This document shows positions 9,999 through 20,735 of a stretch of 64,000 bases of DNA, one piece after another (position 1 is the first letter of the stretch; each line of letters opens with the position of its first letter). The translations under genes were made by a program, and so were the position numbers. The stretch comes from an uncultured delta proteobacterium (GTDB lineage Bacteria > Desulfobacterota > Desulfobacteria > Desulfobacterales > SG8-13). Under the pieces are notes generated by a model. The model was given only the letters and a program-made list of their open reading frames with translations. It ran no database searches and was not told the DNA's origin. The stretch covers positions 310,001 through 374,000 of the forward strand of contig CAWKCK010000005.1 in NCBI GenBank assembly GCA_963848135.1, read 5' to 3'.

Positions 9999-10060
9999 CA
10001 TAACTAGTATCAAATCATTCCAGCGGATTCGCAAAGCTCGCTGCTGACTTCGTCGTTCAA
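9999..10060 (+). other. Degenerate integron attC-like site (solo)
   Basis: CATAAC...CAAATCATTCCAGCGGATTCGCAAAGCTCGCTGCTGACTTCGTCGTT is an imperfect palindrome with AAC...GTT ends. Confidence 0.4.
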
Positions 10061-10251
10061 GGTCGAGTTCATATAATGTTGGGATGGTGGCAATTCCTGT
10101 TTTTTATGATCAAACAATTTTTAGACTCCGCATCTCCTGTGCGACGTGGAATACATAGAAAATAGGGTATTCAATTATTTGATAATTAAAGGTTATGAAA
10201 TTTGCTGTGATACTTTCGTAAGGAACAATAAGGATCAAAAGGCTTAATGCA

Positions 10252-11067
10252 TTGGAAGACAATAACTTTACTTTTAACATGGAAATGTCTTATAGACGCA
10301 GCCGCCATATCATGTGGCGTGTCACTCAACTGATATTCCTGGCGTTGGCGGCTGATGTTGCCGTTCTCCTTGTAGAGTTTGCAGTAGGACTTGATCCATT
10401 CATGGATTTCCAGCAACGCCCAGTTCTCTATCTGTATATTCTCGTGGGAACAATCGTGGTATTCGGCGTCTTTGGGGCTGTCTTGGGCTCTCGCGAGGCA
10501 CAGTTGGAGGAGATGGCGCTTAGAGATTCCCTCACTGGATTGCTCAACTCCCGATATCTACATGCGCGCCTGCGTGAAGAACTTGCGTCTGCCAAAAGGC
10601 ATGATAGGCCTACCTCGTTCGTGTTGTTCGATATCGACCATTTCAAGAAGATTAATAATGAATATGGACATCCTGTTGGCGACCATGTGCTTAAACTCAT
10701 AGGCAAGACTATGCTGTCACCGAGCCGTACAGGAGAGATCGCTGCCAGGGTAGGAGGTGAAGAGTTCGCGCTACTCTTGCCGAGCACTTCAGTTCGTGAA
10801 GCAGCAGTTGCGGTTGAACGCTTTCGCGAAGCAATAGGCCAGGGAGCGGTGAGCATCCACAACGGGAAACGAATCAAGGTGACCGTTTCCGCCGGTTTGG
10901 CATGTGTCACCGATGATCCTCAAGACGCAGACTATCTTTACTCTCTCGCGGATTCGGCGCTCTATCAGGCAAAAAAGCAAGGACGTGACAGGATGATCAT
11001 CGGGACACCGAATCATCGGTTGCCAATCAGACCAGATATCAGGGATGTCAACCCCAGCGTTGCATAA
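10252..11067 (+). CDS. Membrane-bound diguanylate cyclase (GGEEF)
   Basis: Two TM segments; motifs DSLTGLLN, DIDHFK, ARVGGEEF. The last codons are supplied by the IS1380 end. Confidence 0.9.
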   Translation: MEDNNFTFNMEMSYRRSRHIMWRVTQLIFLALAADVAVLLVEFAVGLDPFMDFQQRPVLYLYILVGTIVVFGVFGAVLGSREAQLEEMALRDSLTGLLNSRYLHARLREELASAKRHDRPTSFVLFDIDHFKKINNEYGHPVGDHVLKLIGKTMLSPSRTGEIAARVGGEEFALLLPSTSVREAAVAVERFREAIGQGAVSIHNGKRIKVTVSAGLACVTDDPQDADYLYSLADSALYQAKKQGRDRMIIGTPNHRLPIRPDIRDVNPSVA

Positions 11068-12593
11068 AATCTGATAATTTTACTACCATTTGATCACGCT
11101 GTTTTTTGCAACACATCGAGAAAATGTAGAAGATTTTGGCGGACGGCATGATTGGCACTCATTGTTAGGGTCAATTCACCCTGAGGCCGGGTGAAACGAC
11201 CGGCTCTTTGAATGATCCGATGGCGCAGGGTGTCTAACTTTTCAAATGCCCATGCCGCCGGACGTATCGGCAGCGCGCGAGTCATAGCACCAGCCGCTGC
11301 CACCATCTGCACCTCACGGGAAAGGTTATGCGCCATCATTGCACACAGGGTAAACAGCTGGTTGCCGGCAAGCCTTTTGGAAGGGATCACATCCAATACC
11401 GCATCATTTTTGGCATCGCCAAAGATCCTTTCCTGAGATCCACGGCCATTGTGGAACAAGACGACGCTTTTGGCAGATTCGGTCTTATTGGTCACGATGA
11501 CCTTGTAATCGAAATCAAAATCACGGGGCTCAAACAGGTGTAATTGGAGCATGCCTTTTCGCTGTTGCTTGGTTCTCTTACGTGTAAAAATAAATCGATA
11601 GCCCCTTTCCCAGGACTTGGGTTTCCACGCGGTTTCAAAATAGGACCACTGGCTGTCGATTCTGCGCCAGCGTTTTCTGCTTTCGACCATCTCTTTGAGT
11701 TGGGTCAGCCTTTCGAAAGGGACCGAAGCGGAAAACTTTACATGATTGCTGTTAAATATTGACAAGATGTGCTGGCTGAAAAAAGCTGCGTCCGTGCGTG
11801 ACTCCAATACGGCGTCAGGTAACTGTGCTTTCGCTTCTGATAAACAGCTAAGCATGAATTGGCCAGCACCATTGGAATCATGCACATTGCCGGGGCGGTG
11901 GTGAAGGTCGAAGAATTGTCCAGTTTGTGCCACAGTACAAAACAGCGGGTAGTAACTCCGAGCCCCTTTGCTAACCTTGTTAAAACCCACGGCACTACCT
12001 TCAGCGTGTCCTTTGGTGGATTGGACAGAGCCATCAAAGTCCAGGGTTAGTCGGGGTAGATGTTCGCGTTGAAGTCCTTCAATGACCATTGAACGGGACA
12101 ATAGTCGCACATTTTCGACAGCATCAGTTTTCATCTGGGACAGTGCTCTGGAGATGGTGGAAACATCGGGAAGCTTTCGCAAGCCCATTAAGCGCAGCAC
12201 AATTGGATCATCTCGATAGTAATCGATCTCCCGCAGTCGTCGGAACCCGATAAGCAGGTGAATAATGATCAGCATCACAATCAGGTGACGGCCGAAGATC
12301 GGTGAAGCCGTCAAATGTCCAAAACATTTTTTCAGGCGAGCCTTCAGGTTGATCCGCTTGAATAGAAGTTGAAAAATGAGCAGGCCTGAAAAAGATGTGA
12401 GTTGTTGGTCTTCGAAACGGAGCATCGGGATTTTATGGAATTTTGCCGTAATTTGTGCTTTACTGGATTTCACTTGCGGTGGCCTCCTGGATCGGGGTGA
12501 TTGTTTGGTAGACAATCTGTTTATACCCTTATTCCAAAGGCTACCGCAAGCTTTTGACTTCTCATTGTCTCACTTTTTAATGCAACTATAGGG
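11052..12593 (-). mobile_element. IS1380-family insertion sequence
   Basis: Imperfect IRs CCCCAGCGTTGCATAAAA / TTTAATGCAACTATAGGG; TSD TCAA on both sides. Confidence 0.82.
11094..12515 (-). CDS. IS1380-family transposase
   Basis: Motifs LTSFSGL, LDFDGS, YYPLF, RPGNVHD, RTDAAF, HNGRGSQE. Confidence 0.9.
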   Translation of the reverse strand: MSTKQSPRSRRPPQVKSSKAQITAKFHKIPMLRFEDQQLTSFSGLLIFQLLFKRINLKARLKKCFGHLTASPIFGRHLIVMLIIIHLLIGFRRLREIDYYRDDPIVLRLMGLRKLPDVSTISRALSQMKTDAVENVRLLSRSMVIEGLQREHLPRLTLDFDGSVQSTKGHAEGSAVGFNKVSKGARSYYPLFCTVAQTGQFFDLHHRPGNVHDSNGAGQFMLSCLSEAKAQLPDAVLESRTDAAFFSQHILSIFNSNHVKFSASVPFERLTQLKEMVESRKRWRRIDSQWSYFETAWKPKSWERGYRFIFTRKRTKQQRKGMLQLHLFEPRDFDFDYKVIVTNKTESAKSVVLFHNGRGSQERIFGDAKNDAVLDVIPSKRLAGNQLFTLCAMMAHNLSREVQMVAAAGAMTRALPIRPAAWAFEKLDTLRHRIIQRAGRFTRPQGELTLTMSANHAVRQNLLHFLDVLQKTA

Positions 12594-12647
12594 TCAACAC
12601 AAGTAAAGAAATGACCTAAAAATAATCGGTTTCCTCTTCCATGGGGC

Positions 12648-12866
12648 AAGCTATGCATAAATAATTTTTGAACATAAAAATCAGGAACTCTGTAGGTCCA
12701 CAAGATCCACAATATTCCGCTGAGTACTTACGTGGATCTCTTGGGGGCCGCCCCATGGGATCTTTGGGTGGTGTTGACCAACGATGACAGGCTCTGTCCG
12801 TTTCCATTGTTCGCTCATGAATTCCATCTTGATTATACCGCATAATCAAGATGTTATGCATAGCTT
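12648..12866 (-). mobile_element. Internally deleted IS5-family remnant
   Basis: 13-bp perfect IRs AAGCTATGCATAA. The interior encodes a frameshifted 'EQWKRTEPVI..GRPPRDPR..LSGILWIL' transposase N-terminus. Confidence 0.65.
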
Positions 12867-13255
12867 TATTTTCAATTTCTACAAGTAGTTTCGCTCGTCC
12901 TGTTTTATTATCTATTTCAGCCGGTTAAGTGTTTAGCTACTTGGCTCTCAACTGGCAGTTTTTTTTAGTGGCTTCTACATAATTTTTCAGGAAATGGTTC
13001 CCCTAACTTCATCGCAACCGGGGAATTTCGCCCCACTGCGACCATTCTCTCCGCATGGTTTCCTATTCAACTGGTAAAATTGCAGTTTCGCTGTCTATAC
13101 AGAACTTTCCGATAACCGAAAAATATCGATAAGTTATATAACTTTTTGGGTTAAAACAATTGGCAAAAGCCAGCTTGGCACAAATTCTGTAAAGAAGATC
13201 TATAAGTTATACTTAGCTGATGTGCAGACAAACTTAAGGCAAGGATGTCCGAAGG

Positions 13256-15088
13256 ATGAATACCGAGACAAAAAGAAACAAGTATTACCGATCGCTCCAG
13301 CGAAATCTGGTTATTGCCATCCTATTGACGGCCATAACACCTACTGTGTTGGTCAGCATTTTCATCCTGGATGCGTTTCGCGTTTCATACAAAGAGAAGG
13401 TCTATGATCACTTTGACGTGCTGACAAGAAAGCACAAACGCAGCATTGACATATTCCTGGAAGAAAAATTGATGGACATCCGCCTATTGGCAAAGACAAA
13501 TCGGTTCGAAGAATTAACTGATGAAGTTATCCTTAACCAGAAATTTAATGAACTGCAACGAGCCTTTGACCGTTCATTCGTTGACCTGGGTGTTGTGGAC
13601 CATCAGGGCCGCCAAATCGCTTATGCGGGTCCATTGGATCTAACCGGAGTGAACTATTCCAGCGCAGAATGGTTCGAACAGGCGATCAGTAACCCGTTTT
13701 TCATCAGTGACGTGTTCAAAGGAATGCGTGGTGCACCCCATTTTATCGTATCGGTACGTCAAGAGCGCGATGGTAGACCGTGGATTCTCAGAGCAACAAT
13801 CGATTTTGGGGAGTTCAACAACTTGGTCGAATTCTTACGAATCGGTGAGACCGGTTTCGCTTTCATACTGAATGCTGCAGGCCAGTTTCAGACCGAACCC
13901 ATCGCCAAGATCGATACAGATGAACTAATTGGGCTCTTTAAGGGCAGTGGATTAACCGACCAATCTAGCCTAGTAACCAGGAAAAGCACAATAGATGGAA
14001 TCGAAACCATATACGCCATGACCACCCTAAAAGGTGGTGATTGGATCATGGTGATTCAACAGGATGCTGCTGATGCTTTTTCAGACTTGAGGCAAACCCA
14101 GAGAATCGTGTTGTTCTTCATTCTGATTGGCGGTCTTGGCATTATCGCAGCGAGTCTGATTGTCTCGAATCGCCTTGTGAAGCGCATCTCGCAGGCAGAT
14201 ACGGAAAAAGACCTGGCCGTCAAGAAGGAGGAGATAATGTCGCAGCAGGTCATTGAGACCGGCAAACTGGCATCGGTTGGAGAATTGGCATCTGGCATCG
14301 CACATGAGATCAATAATCCAGTCGCCATCATGATCGAAGAGGCAGCCTGGATCGAAGACATGCTGGAGGAAGAGGATCTCACCGGAAGCGAGAACGAAAA
14401 AGAATTGGACAGAGCTTTAACGCAGATTAAAACCCAGGGCAGACGATGCAAGGAAATAACGCACAAACTTCTGAGTTTCGCCCGTAAAACCGACTCGCGG
14501 ATAGTTGAAATATCGATAACCAATCTGCTCAAAGAAATTGCCTATCTTTCATCCCAGCGAGCGAAGTATAGCAATGTCGAAATCAGGACCCGTTTCGAAG
14601 AAAATCTGCCACCTATTCTCGCATCCGAAACCGAAATGCAGCAAGTTTTCCTAAACCTAATGAACAATGCGCTGTATGCGATGGAAAAAACCGGTGGCAT
14701 CATCACACTGGGCGCCAAACGTACTGGCAACGATATCATCGTCACGGTCAGCGATAATGGGCCGGGTATTGCGGAAGCCAATCTGGCGCGCGTATTCGAT
14801 CCCTTTTATACAACCAAACCCATTGGCAAGGGGACTGGTTTGGGGCTTTCCATCTGTTACGGGATCATCAATAAAATAGGCGGCGACATTAACGTTCGTA
14901 GCACTAAAGGTGAGGGAGCAGAATTTGAGATACGCCTTTCCGCTGCACAAGCACCAGAATCGCCTGAAATAGATCTGGACAACAATAAGGATCAAAAAAA
15001 ATTTGTAAGTCCGGATACGCCGCAGCTTGAAGAGCAACAATCACCAATTGGTGGTTCGTCCACCAATGACGCCGGCCATTTCCGGTAG
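13256..15088 (+). CDS. Sensor histidine kinase (periplasmic Cache-like domain)
   Basis: 2 TM segments, H-box IAHEINNP, N-box NLMNNA, DNGPGI, GKGTGLGL. Confidence 0.93.
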   Translation: MNTETKRNKYYRSLQRNLVIAILLTAITPTVLVSIFILDAFRVSYKEKVYDHFDVLTRKHKRSIDIFLEEKLMDIRLLAKTNRFEELTDEVILNQKFNELQRAFDRSFVDLGVVDHQGRQIAYAGPLDLTGVNYSSAEWFEQAISNPFFISDVFKGMRGAPHFIVSVRQERDGRPWILRATIDFGEFNNLVEFLRIGETGFAFILNAAGQFQTEPIAKIDTDELIGLFKGSGLTDQSSLVTRKSTIDGIETIYAMTTLKGGDWIMVIQQDAADAFSDLRQTQRIVLFFILIGGLGIIAASLIVSNRLVKRISQADTEKDLAVKKEEIMSQQVIETGKLASVGELASGIAHEINNPVAIMIEEAAWIEDMLEEEDLTGSENEKELDRALTQIKTQGRRCKEITHKLLSFARKTDSRIVEISITNLLKEIAYLSSQRAKYSNVEIRTRFEENLPPILASETEMQQVFLNLMNNALYAMEKTGGIITLGAKRTGNDIIVTVSDNGPGIAEANLARVFDPFYTTKPIGKGTGLGLSICYGIINKIGGDINVRSTKGEGAEFEIRLSAAQAPESPEIDLDNNKDQKKFVSPDTPQLEEQQSPIGGSSTNDAGHFR

Positions 15089-15105
15089 ACATGGAGGAAA
15101 GTATT

Positions 15106-15537
15106 ATGAGCGAAGTAAAGATAATGTTGGTCGACGATGAAAAACCGTTTGTCGAAACCAGAATGAAACGTCTGAAAAAGCGAGGGATTGAGGTTGTCCC
15201 GGCCTATGACGGTTTGGAGGCACTGGATTGTTTAGAGAAAAATAGCGGCATCGAAGTGGTCATTCTGGACATTAAAATGCCGAAAATGGACGGAATGACA
15301 GCGCTTAAAGAAATCAAAAGTAAATTTCCTTTAGTTGAAGTGATTATGCTTACCGGTCATGCCACTATTGAGACCGGCATCGAAGGAATGAAAATGGGTG
15401 CTTTCGATTACCTCATGAAACCCTACGATACTGAAGAATTGATAGTAAAAGTAAATGAGGCGGCCAAGCGAAAACGGGACCAGGAAGAGAAAATAATGGA
15501 AGCGCGAATACAAGCGATCACCTTGCGGCGGCACTAG
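15106..15537 (+). CDS. Single-domain response regulator
   Basis: LVDDE, LDIKMP, LTGH, KP motifs. SD GGAGG precedes ATG 15106. Confidence 0.92.
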   Translation: MSEVKIMLVDDEKPFVETRMKRLKKRGIEVVPAYDGLEALDCLEKNSGIEVVILDIKMPKMDGMTALKEIKSKFPLVEVIMLTGHATIETGIEGMKMGAFDYLMKPYDTEELIVKVNEAAKRKRDQEEKIMEARIQAITLRRH

Positions 15538-15564
15538 GCAAATGACAAAACCTGGGAGGGTAGA

Positions 15565-15966
15565 ATGCCGACAGTGAAAGATTCTCGTAATTTTCCCATA
15601 AGGGTGCTGCTTATCGATGACGAGGTTGGCTACATATACGTTTTGTCCAAAAGGCTTTCAAAGCGTGGCTTCGAAGTTAGCAAGGCTAGCAGTGGTTCTG
15701 AAGCTCTTCAGATTCTGCGGCAGCGTAGTTTCGATGTCGCTATCTTAGATCTTAAAATGACGGACATGGACGGCATTGAAGTCCTCAAGGTCCTAAAAAA
15801 GATGGCCCCTGAGCTGGTTGTAATCATGCTCACCGGCCACGGCTCTGCGAAAGCAGCTCATGACGGGATTCGTCTAGGTGCTTACGACTACCTGACAAAA
15901 CCGTGCGAGACTGAAGAGTTGATCAAAAAAATCATGGAAGCCTACGCTAAACGACCGGCTCTATGA
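15565..15966 (+). CDS. Single-domain response regulator
   Basis: LIDDE, LDLKM, LTGHG, KP motifs. Confidence 0.92.
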   Translation: MPTVKDSRNFPIRVLLIDDEVGYIYVLSKRLSKRGFEVSKASSGSEALQILRQRSFDVAILDLKMTDMDGIEVLKVLKKMAPELVVIMLTGHGSAKAAHDGIRLGAYDYLTKPCETEELIKKIMEAYAKRPAL

Positions 15967-16085
15967 CGTGTGGCACAGTTGAGGCCAACAAAGCATCTGT
16001 TAGATAAGCATTTTCCAAAACGATTATATTGGCTTCACGGTTTGTGTCCCTTCCGTCATGACGATAATTGAGCGGAGATGAATAG

Positions 16086-17672
16086 ATGACTACGATCCTT
16101 AAGTACAAAGGGTTCCAGCTAAGCATGGCGTTCTTGCTGGGAGTCGCTGTTTTGATACTACCCAGACCCGACGGGACGACGTTCAAGATCGTGGGCGACC
16201 ATGATCTCTCTTTTTATCAAACGGTCAGCGACCGTTTCACAATACTCCCCAATGCTGATTCTGATCCCGGTGTTTATGTTGTTCATGCCAAGGCGGACAA
16301 ACAGGCGGAGCCACCGGGAGCCTATCTGAAACGGCAGGCGACCGTGCATCCAAGCAATGGAATCGAGGTGGTACATCAGGATGGGCTCTCACCAAAGGCA
16401 CAACGCTTTCTGGCTGTATTGGCGGTGCTGATTTTCTTGTTTATGTTGGAACCGATTCCGTTGGAGATCACTGCCATACTGATTGGTGTCTTTCTGGTTG
16501 TGATGCAGATCGTAGATGTCAAAACCGCATGGGCATCGTACATGCATCCGGTCGTTGTCTTCATCATGTGCTGCCTAATTTTTGCCATTGCGCTGGACAA
16601 GGCGGGAATCACCAGACGACTGGGGCATTTCATCGTGGCCAAAGCAGGCACTAGCGTGACGAAGTTCACCTTCATCATCAGCGTAGGGCTGGGGCTGGCC
16701 TCTTCCTTCATGCACGACGCGGCGGCGGTATCCATCGGCATCGTTACCATGTTACCCCTCATGCGCAGTGCCGGTATCGAACCCCACTCTCGAACAGCGA
16801 AATTCATGCTGATTTCATTGGCGTTCGCCTGTTCATGCGGTGGCATGGGGACCCTGGTCGGTGGTGGTCGAACGATGGTTTCGGCAGCTTTTTTGAAGGA
16901 GTTCACGGGTATTGAGATATCCTTCATGGATTGGATCAAATACGCAATGCCCATGGCCATCGTTACCGTACCGGCTGCAGTGGGAGTGGTCTATCTGGTC
17001 TTTCGTCCAGATCCCGCGTTAAAACTGCCAAAATTGGATGACGAGGTCCCTCCATGGTCCAAAAAGGAGATCGTGACACTTCTCATCATTGTGAGCTGCT
17101 TTATAATGTGGTTAACCAAGGAAATTCATGGCCTGCATTACTCGGTAACCGGCATGGTGGGCGTCGCCGCTCTTGTACTCGCCAGAATTTTGAAATGGGA
17201 TGACGTCCACGAAAACTTAGAGTGGGGAACCGCGCTGTTCATATTTGGTGGCGGTATTTCTCTGGGCCTGGCAATGGGTGAATCTGGAGCAGCGACCTAT
17301 TTTGCCAATTTATTTTTCCCCCTCGTTGAAGGTGGCGGGTGGCTGCTGCTTTTCGGTGGTGTGGCCGTTTTTGGGGCATTGGTGACCAACGCCATGGCCA
17401 ATGTGGCAGCGGCGGCTCTGATTTTACCCATCGTCATTCCTATGGCACAACTTGAGGGAGTGGATCCAAGAGTGTTGGCCTTGTGCATGGGAACTGCAAC
17501 CTCCTTTGCCATGCTGCTGGTCATCGGCTGTCCGCCCAATGCGATCGCTTACAGCTTCAAGGAATTCAAGGCCGCCGATATCACCCGTGCCGGTTTGGTG
17601 GCGACCCCCGTTCTATTGATCCTGCTGGTCCTTGTCGCCGCTGTATGGTGGAATATCCTGGGACTCGTTTAA
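16086..17672 (+). CDS. SLC13/DASS family anion:sodium symporter
   Basis: Many TM segments; motifs GGMGTLVG and IGCPPNAIAY. Confidence 0.88.
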   Translation: MTTILKYKGFQLSMAFLLGVAVLILPRPDGTTFKIVGDHDLSFYQTVSDRFTILPNADSDPGVYVVHAKADKQAEPPGAYLKRQATVHPSNGIEVVHQDGLSPKAQRFLAVLAVLIFLFMLEPIPLEITAILIGVFLVVMQIVDVKTAWASYMHPVVVFIMCCLIFAIALDKAGITRRLGHFIVAKAGTSVTKFTFIISVGLGLASSFMHDAAAVSIGIVTMLPLMRSAGIEPHSRTAKFMLISLAFACSCGGMGTLVGGGRTMVSAAFLKEFTGIEISFMDWIKYAMPMAIVTVPAAVGVVYLVFRPDPALKLPKLDDEVPPWSKKEIVTLLIIVSCFIMWLTKEIHGLHYSVTGMVGVAALVLARILKWDDVHENLEWGTALFIFGGGISLGLAMGESGAATYFANLFFPLVEGGGWLLLFGGVAVFGALVTNAMANVAAAALILPIVIPMAQLEGVDPRVLALCMGTATSFAMLLVIGCPPNAIAYSFKEFKAADITRAGLVATPVLLILLVLVAAVWWNILGLV

Positions 17673-17702
17673 GAGAACTTCAAAGTTTTCGAGGATACTG
17701 CT

Positions 17703-18875
17703 ATGGATCCTGCAATATTGAAACAAATCAGTATTTTACTGGTAGATGACGAAACCCAGTATCTTAATATATTGACCAAAAGACTGCTGAAAAGAGGAAT
17801 CCAGCCACTTCAAGCCTCTGATGGAGAAACATGCCTCGTTATGCTGGCGAAACATCCGGTGGATGTCGTCGTGATGGACGTCATGATGCCCGGAATGAGC
17901 GGTATCGATGCATTGTTTCGTATCAAAAAGCACCACCATGAAACGGAAGTTATCCTGCTGACCGGCAACGCAAACACCCAGGATGGCGTCAAAGGAATTA
18001 AATCCGGTGCATTTGATTACCTGAACAAACCGGTGGAATTTGAACATCTTTTGGGAAAAATTGTTCAAGCATACGAAAAAATTATATCGGACAGACAGCA
18101 AAAAGCTGCTGAGGAATACAAGGCCCGCATCGAGCAGCAAATGATAGCCACAGAAAGGCTTGCGGCATTAGGGACGCTTGCGGCTGGTGTGGCCCATGAG
18201 ATCAACAACCCGCTGGCCATCATCAATGAGTCGGCCGGATACCTACGAACCGTGCTGCAAAAAAAAGACTTGGCCGAGATACCCTACCGGGCGTCTTTCG
18301 ATAAAGCGCTGGAAAAAATCGAGACCAGTGTTAAACGGGCCCGAACGATTACCCATCAACTCCTTGCCGATGTTGGTAAAAATAAACCGGTTTTGGCGGA
18401 AATCGACATGCAGGCACTGGTCAACGAAACCGTCAAACTGTTTGGCCGAGATGCTGAAAGGAAGGGGATTCGGGTAAATCTCGAAGCGGACCGAGATCTG
18501 CGCACCCTGTGGGCAGATCCCAATCAAATTCGGCAGGTACTCATCAACTTGTTGAACAACGCCATTCATGCTACCGATGAAAACGATGAAATTACAGTCC
18601 GCATTCAGGCGACAGGCACTGGAGCGTCCATAGACATCATCGATTCAGGAGTCGGAATCCCCAAGGAAAACCTGGACAGAATATTCGAGCCTTTCTTCAG
18701 CACCAAATCACCGGGGGAAGGAACCGGACTGGGCCTATTTGTCACCCGCGATATCGTCGAAAAATTTGGCGGAAAATTAATGGTCGAGAGTGAATTGGGA
18801 AAAGGGTCTCGGTTTAGGGTTCACATCCCCGATCAAAATCGTTTTGGTGGTGGTGGACCTGGTCTCCAGTCATAA
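17703..18875 (+). CDS. Hybrid REC-histidine kinase
   Basis: N-terminal receiver domain; VAHEINNP; GEGTGLGL. Confidence 0.92.
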   Translation: MDPAILKQISILLVDDETQYLNILTKRLLKRGIQPLQASDGETCLVMLAKHPVDVVVMDVMMPGMSGIDALFRIKKHHHETEVILLTGNANTQDGVKGIKSGAFDYLNKPVEFEHLLGKIVQAYEKIISDRQQKAAEEYKARIEQQMIATERLAALGTLAAGVAHEINNPLAIINESAGYLRTVLQKKDLAEIPYRASFDKALEKIETSVKRARTITHQLLADVGKNKPVLAEIDMQALVNETVKLFGRDAERKGIRVNLEADRDLRTLWADPNQIRQVLINLLNNAIHATDENDEITVRIQATGTGASIDIIDSGVGIPKENLDRIFEPFFSTKSPGEGTGLGLFVTRDIVEKFGGKLMVESELGKGSRFRVHIPDQNRFGGGGPGLQS

Positions 18876-18900
18876 ATCGTTCAATGAGGAGAATGCGATA

Positions 18901-19341
18901 ATGATTCATGTTCCCATAAACATTTTACTGGTTGACGATGAAAAAGACTTCGTGGAGATGCTGTCGATGCGGCTTGAGGATGCGGGTGATAAGGTGACGC
19001 CGGCCTATGACGGCAACATGTGCCTTGAAAAACTCAAAGAGACGCGCATCGATGTGGTCATCCTTGATATAAAAATGCCAGGAATGGACGGGATTCAGGC
19101 ATTGAGGGAGATCAAATCCCGATATCCGCTGATCGAAGTCATTCTCCTCACGGGCCATGGGACCACAGAAACCGCCATAGAAGGGATGAAGCTAGGCGCT
19201 TTCGACTACCTTCTGAAACCGGCCGATTTCGAGGAATTGAAAAGCATCCTGGATCGGGCCAAGCAAAGAAAGGCCGAGCAAGATGAGCGGATCAGGAAAG
19301 CTGAAGCCCGGCAACTGCTTCGCAAAGGTGGCAACATTTAA
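18901..19341 (+). CDS. Single-domain response regulator
   Basis: Receiver motifs. SD GAGGAG precedes ATG 18901. Confidence 0.9.
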   Translation: MIHVPINILLVDDEKDFVEMLSMRLEDAGDKVTPAYDGNMCLEKLKETRIDVVILDIKMPGMDGIQALREIKSRYPLIEVILLTGHGTTETAIEGMKLGAFDYLLKPADFEELKSILDRAKQRKAEQDERIRKAEARQLLRKGGNI

Positions 19342-19353
19342 TCGGAGTACTCC

Positions 19354-19914
19354 ATGAAAACAGTCTTAATCAAAGAATTAATGGTTCCGCTGAACGAGTA
19401 TGCAACGGTTTCAGAGAATGCTACCCTCGACGACGCCATATTGGCGCTTGATCACGCCCAAGAGACCTTTTGCCAGAACAAATATCGCCATCGGGCGATC
19501 CTGGTGCTCGACAAAAACCAGCAGCCGATGGGGAAAATCAGCCAAATAGATGCGTTACGAGCACTGGAGCCCAAATACAAAGAAATACAGAATCAGGATA
19601 CCAGGGGGGCCTTTCGCCATTTCAGCCGTATGTTTTTGAATTCAATGATTGAATACCATCGCCTCTTTGACGGCTCGCTGGAGGATCTGAGGAAAAAGGC
19701 CGCCAATATCTACGTGCGTGATTTCATGCATACGTTGTCGGCAGATGAATGTGTGAGCGAGGATGCAACGTTAGATGAGGCCATGCATTTATTGATTATG
19801 GGCCACCAGCAGTCCTTACTGGTGAAGCGTGATGAAAAAATTGTCGGTATACTGAGGCTCACCGATGTATTTTCTGCGGTTTTCCAACCGCTGGTATCTC
19901 CGGCCCGCCTTTAG
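19354..19914 (+). CDS. CBS-domain protein
   Basis: Paired CBS-like motifs (ELMVP...ATLDDA; GILRLTDVF). Confidence 0.82.
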   Translation: MKTVLIKELMVPLNEYATVSENATLDDAILALDHAQETFCQNKYRHRAILVLDKNQQPMGKISQIDALRALEPKYKEIQNQDTRGAFRHFSRMFLNSMIEYHRLFDGSLEDLRKKAANIYVRDFMHTLSADECVSEDATLDEAMHLLIMGHQQSLLVKRDEKIVGILRLTDVFSAVFQPLVSPARL

Positions 19915-20016
19915 CGCCAGCATGCCAAAACACCGCTTCCAACGCTGTGCACTGATGCTTATATACACAAGCGACCCCGGCAGGGATGCCATTAACATTG
20001 TTTTACTAGGAATCCG

Positions 20017-20502
20017 ATGATAGCGAATTTGAAAATTACGACCATTGTTCTTGTTATTGCATGCATCATCGCTATACCGTTGCCACTGGATGCGCAAGAA
20101 CGTCTGGAAGGTTTGTCCAAGGGCCAAACCGTTTACGTGCCGGCTTATTCGCATATCTATATTGGTGGTAAAAAACTTCCCTTTGCCTTAGCCATCACGC
20201 TGAGCATCAGAAACATCGATCTTGATGCAGACATCACGTTTACCCAAGTCAGCTATTACGGCTCCGAAGGCAGACAGATAGAATCGTTTGTCGACAAAGC
20301 GTTATCCATCAAACCACAAGAGTCCGTACGTTTCGTTATCGCTGAAGATGATAAAGGCGGTGGATCCGGTGCCAACTTTATCGTCAAGTGGAAGTCCGCC
20401 ACCAAGGTAAATCCACCGATCATAGAATCAATCATGATTGGAACCCGATCCGGCCAAGGCATATCCTTCACATCTCGGGGTAGAGCTATCATCATCAATT
20501 GA
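20017..20502 (+). CDS. DUF3124-family exported protein
   Basis: Signal peptide; motifs GQTVYVPAYSHIY, GGSGANFIV, QGISFTSRG. Confidence 0.82.
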   Translation: MIANLKITTIVLVIACIIAIPLPLDAQERLEGLSKGQTVYVPAYSHIYIGGKKLPFALAITLSIRNIDLDADITFTQVSYYGSEGRQIESFVDKALSIKPQESVRFVIAEDDKGGGSGANFIVKWKSATKVNPPIIESIMIGTRSGQGISFTSRGRAIIIN

Positions 20503-20735
20503 CTCCCTTTCGTTTCCAGATTGTACGGAAAGACTCGGTTCCCTCCAGGTCGCCGGCCCTTACGAATCGTTTTGGGGACCACGGCACAAGCACGGCGTTC
20601 ACGGAACCAACACAGCAACAATGAAGGAAGCGCATCAACGTATTCGAGGGTATCTTTACAGCTCACCGAAAACGGTAACGATATGAAGGGGGTGTGGTAG
20701 CGGGGAAAGAGGCATCGGCGGGAAGAAACGCACCG

